This document shows positions 61,850-64,000 of a stretch of DNA of 64,000 bases, piece after piece. Position numbers and translations under genes: made by a program. Origin of the DNA: Candidatus Hydrogenedentota bacterium (GTDB lineage Bacteria > Hydrogenedentota > Hydrogenedentia > Hydrogenedentales > SLHB01); contig BTWA01000010.1 in NCBI GenBank assembly GCA_045863295.1, positions 64,001 through 128,000 of the forward strand, written 5' to 3'. Under the pieces are notes generated by a model that saw only the letters and a program-made list of their open reading frames with translations, was not told the origin of the DNA and made no database searches. How positions within the stretch are numbered: the stretch's first letter is position 1; each line of letters begins with the position of its first letter.

Positions 61850-62680
61850 ATGATCCTCACAAAATACATCACGAAACCCTGTATACTGCCGTCGCTTGAG
61901 GCGAAGTCCAAGGCGGATGTTCTGAAAGAATTGACCCATCTACTTTTTGACAAGAAGAAGATGGACGGGATGGAGCTTGCGCTGGATCAGATTATGGCGC
62001 GTGAAGTGACGGAGAGCACGGGGATTGGCCGGGGGATTGCGGTTCCCCATGCCCGGATCACGGGGATGAAGGGGTTGCAGTGCGCGATTGGGCGTGTTGA
62101 GTCCGGGTTGGATTTCAAGGCGATCGATCGTCAGCCGGTCCACCTGATATTTTTGATTTGTTATCCGCCGAACGAGCAGACGACGTATCTGAATTTTGTT
62201 GCGACGGTGGCGAAGCTGTTGAGCAACAAGGAGCACTTGGAGGCGATTTTGAAGGCTCCGGGTGCGGACGAGATATTCGACATCCTTGAGCAACGTTCCG
62301 AGACGTTTACGGAGAGCCACGAACAGCAGGTGCGGAAGCTGAAGACTGATCCATCGATAGCGAAAGTGCCGGATGCGCACGCGGATTTGATTCTGCTGGC
62401 GCGTCTTCAGTTGTGCCAGGAGATGTTGCAGGGCGCGCGGACGGGGAAGGTACAGATTCAGAAGCGTATTGACACGATCCGCGAGTTGGTGGAGCCGCGC
62501 ATCCTTAGTCACTACGACAAGCTGATGAAGCGTCGCGCGCCCGCGCTTGTGGCGGTTGAGGGCGACACGTGCCAGGGGTGCTTCATGAAACTTGCGTCGC
62601 AATTTGTGCAGAAGGTCCGGAACGATCCACACCATTTGCACACGTGCACGAATTGCAGCCGATTTATCTACGTGGTGTGA
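61850..62680 (+). CDS. PTS EIIA (Ntr/fructose-type) domain fused to a C4 zinc ribbon (CT398/HP0958-like)
   Basis: RE...STGIG.GIAVPHAR, DF.AID.QPV.LIF; C-terminal CQGC...CTNC; start may be 61814. Confidence 0.85.
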   Translation: MILTKYITKPCILPSLEAKSKADVLKELTHLLFDKKKMDGMELALDQIMAREVTESTGIGRGIAVPHARITGMKGLQCAIGRVESGLDFKAIDRQPVHLIFLICYPPNEQTTYLNFVATVAKLLSNKEHLEAILKAPGADEIFDILEQRSETFTESHEQQVRKLKTDPSIAKVPDAHADLILLARLQLCQEMLQGARTGKVQIQKRIDTIRELVEPRILSHYDKLMKRRAPALVAVEGDTCQGCFMKLASQFVQKVRNDPHHLHTCTNCSRFIYVV

Positions 62681-62728
62681 TGTGCGGATTGAGGAATTGA
62701 GTCGGGGCCGAAGAAAGGATGGCCGAGA

Positions 62729-63211
62729 ATGAGTGGCGCAGATTTCGCCAAGCTTGCCGGTAAGATTGATTTGTTCAAGGGATTGCACCCGGAAGAGGTG
62801 AAGAAGATATTCGCCAAGGGCATGACGATGACGGTGCCCAAGGGGGACGTCGTATTTTACCAGGGAACCACGGGCAACACGATGTATGTTGTTTTGGGCG
62901 GGAAGATCGATCTCTACGACCACAAGCGGTTCATAGCGTCGCTTCGATCCGGGGACACGTTTGGCGAGATGGCGTTGATCAACCATGAGCCTCGCAGTGC
63001 GACGGCGGTGGCTTCGGAGACGAGCCATTTGTTCGCGATGAACGAAACGACTTTCGACAAGCTGATGACCAAGTCCGTCGCAATCCGTATTCTTTTGAAT
63101 ATCGTAGGTTTGATGAGCAGCCGTTTGAAAAATATGAACGGCCAATTGACCAAGTTGAAAGTACTGCTGGAGCAGAAGGCGGAGCAGAAGGAAGGCGCAC
63201 CGCAGTCTTGA
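62729..63211 (+). CDS. Cyclic nucleotide-binding domain protein
   Basis: MYVVLGG, FGEMAL, PRSATA; no HTH. Confidence 0.9.
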   Translation: MSGADFAKLAGKIDLFKGLHPEEVKKIFAKGMTMTVPKGDVVFYQGTTGNTMYVVLGGKIDLYDHKRFIASLRSGDTFGEMALINHEPRSATAVASETSHLFAMNETTFDKLMTKSVAIRILLNIVGLMSSRLKNMNGQLTKLKVLLEQKAEQKEGAPQS

Positions 63212-63398
63212 CGGCGCGCGCGGGTCGGCGCCACGGGTAGGGGGCCGGCCCGGTATGGGACCCGCGTGGTCGGTCCATTTGCGATTTCGTGGGGTGTGAT
63301 CGAAGGCCGGCAAGCGGCCTCGACAGGAGCCGATATTACATGGTTTTGACGACGGGCGTACGCCCGCTTTATTCAGGGCCGGACCGGGGCCGGGTTCA

Positions 63399-64000
63399 AT
63401 GAAGATCCATCCTACGGCCATAATCGATTCCAGAGCAGAACTTGGCTCGGATGTTGAAGTGCAGGCGTACAGCCTTATTGGGCCGGGCGTGACCATTGGC
63501 GCGGGTACTCTTGTGGGTCCGCATTGCGTCATTGACGGCAGGACGGTGATCGGCGAGCGCAATCAGATCTATTCCGGCGCGCAGATAGGCGTTCGTTCGC
63601 AGGATTTGAAGCACGACCTGAGCCGTCTGGGCCGGCTTGAAATCGGCGACGGCAATGTAATCCGGGAACACGTTTCGATCAGCGCGTCGACACAATCCAA
63701 CGAGTCGGAAGACGCTCGCATAACCCGTATTGGCAGCGGCTGTCTGTTGATGACGTGTTCGCATGTGGCGCACGATTGTTCCGTGGGTGATGGTGTAATT
63801 ATTGCGAATTGCGTGGCGCTGGCGGGCCACGTCACGGTGGAGGACCGCGCAATCCTGGGCGGTCTGAGCGCGGTTCACCAGTTTGTTCAGGTGGGCACGT
63901 TTGCGATGGTTGGCGGCATGAGCCGTATTTGGAACGATGCGCCGCCGTACATGATTACGGACGGGAATCCCGCGCGCTGCGGCGGATTGAACCTTGTTGG
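63399..64000 (+). CDS. lpxA: UDP-N-acetylglucosamine O-acyltransferase, runs off the window end (absent from the ORF track)
   Basis: Own translation: MKIHPTAIID..., hexapeptide repeats, QDLK, IRE, SHVAHDC, LAGHV, VHQF, GNPA. Confidence 0.95.
   Translation, partial: MKIHPTAIIDSRAELGSDVEVQAYSLIGPGVTIGAGTLVGPHCVIDGRTVIGERNQIYSGAQIGVRSQDLKHDLSRLGRLEIGDGNVIREHVSISASTQSNESEDARITRIGSGCLLMTCSHVAHDCSVGDGVIIANCVALAGHVTVEDRAILGGLSAVHQFVQVGTFAMVGGMSRIWNDAPPYMITDGNPARCGGLNLV

Noticed and set aside
61940..63562. 540-aa minus-strand ORF
   Set aside because: Overlaps three clearly identifiable plus-strand genes; antisense shadow

Overview
GC-rich (about 60%) chromosomal segment of a diderm bacterium (TolC, lpxA). 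The many secreted carbohydrate-type proteins loosely suggest a Hydrogenedentota/PVC-like lineage, which is inference only. About 58 CDS; I found no rRNA, tRNA, CRISPR array, integrase or transposase. Housekeeping genes: mutY, uvrB, rel, leuB, rsmE, hinT, aroE, aroK and a partial lpxA that the ORF track misses. The most unusual items are: (1) an A-family heme-copper oxidase operon whose subunit I keeps all six His ligands and HPEVY but has lost the canonical D-channel (D132, N121, N139) and K-channel (K362) residues, encoded with a cupredoxin and a CxxC mini-protein; (2) a secreted fasciclin protein with nine GTC (mostly EGTC) Cys repeats; (3) a GH3/NagZ-fold PKD protein missing its catalytic residues; (4) an hcp-rrf2-nrfH-nrfA(CXXCH) operon with a small downstream ORF and a 15-bp inverted repeat lying over its sigma70-like promoter; (5) a 37-bp non-coding element repeated 12 kb apart, one copy in front of an HGGxSTG-like gene; (6) a papain-like peptidase with a Cys-Gly/TM/poly-Arg sorting tail inserted in a Zrg-like metal ABC locus; (7) a PTS EIIA fused to a C4 zinc ribbon behind a structured leader. 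All calls come from motif recognition; no searches were run.
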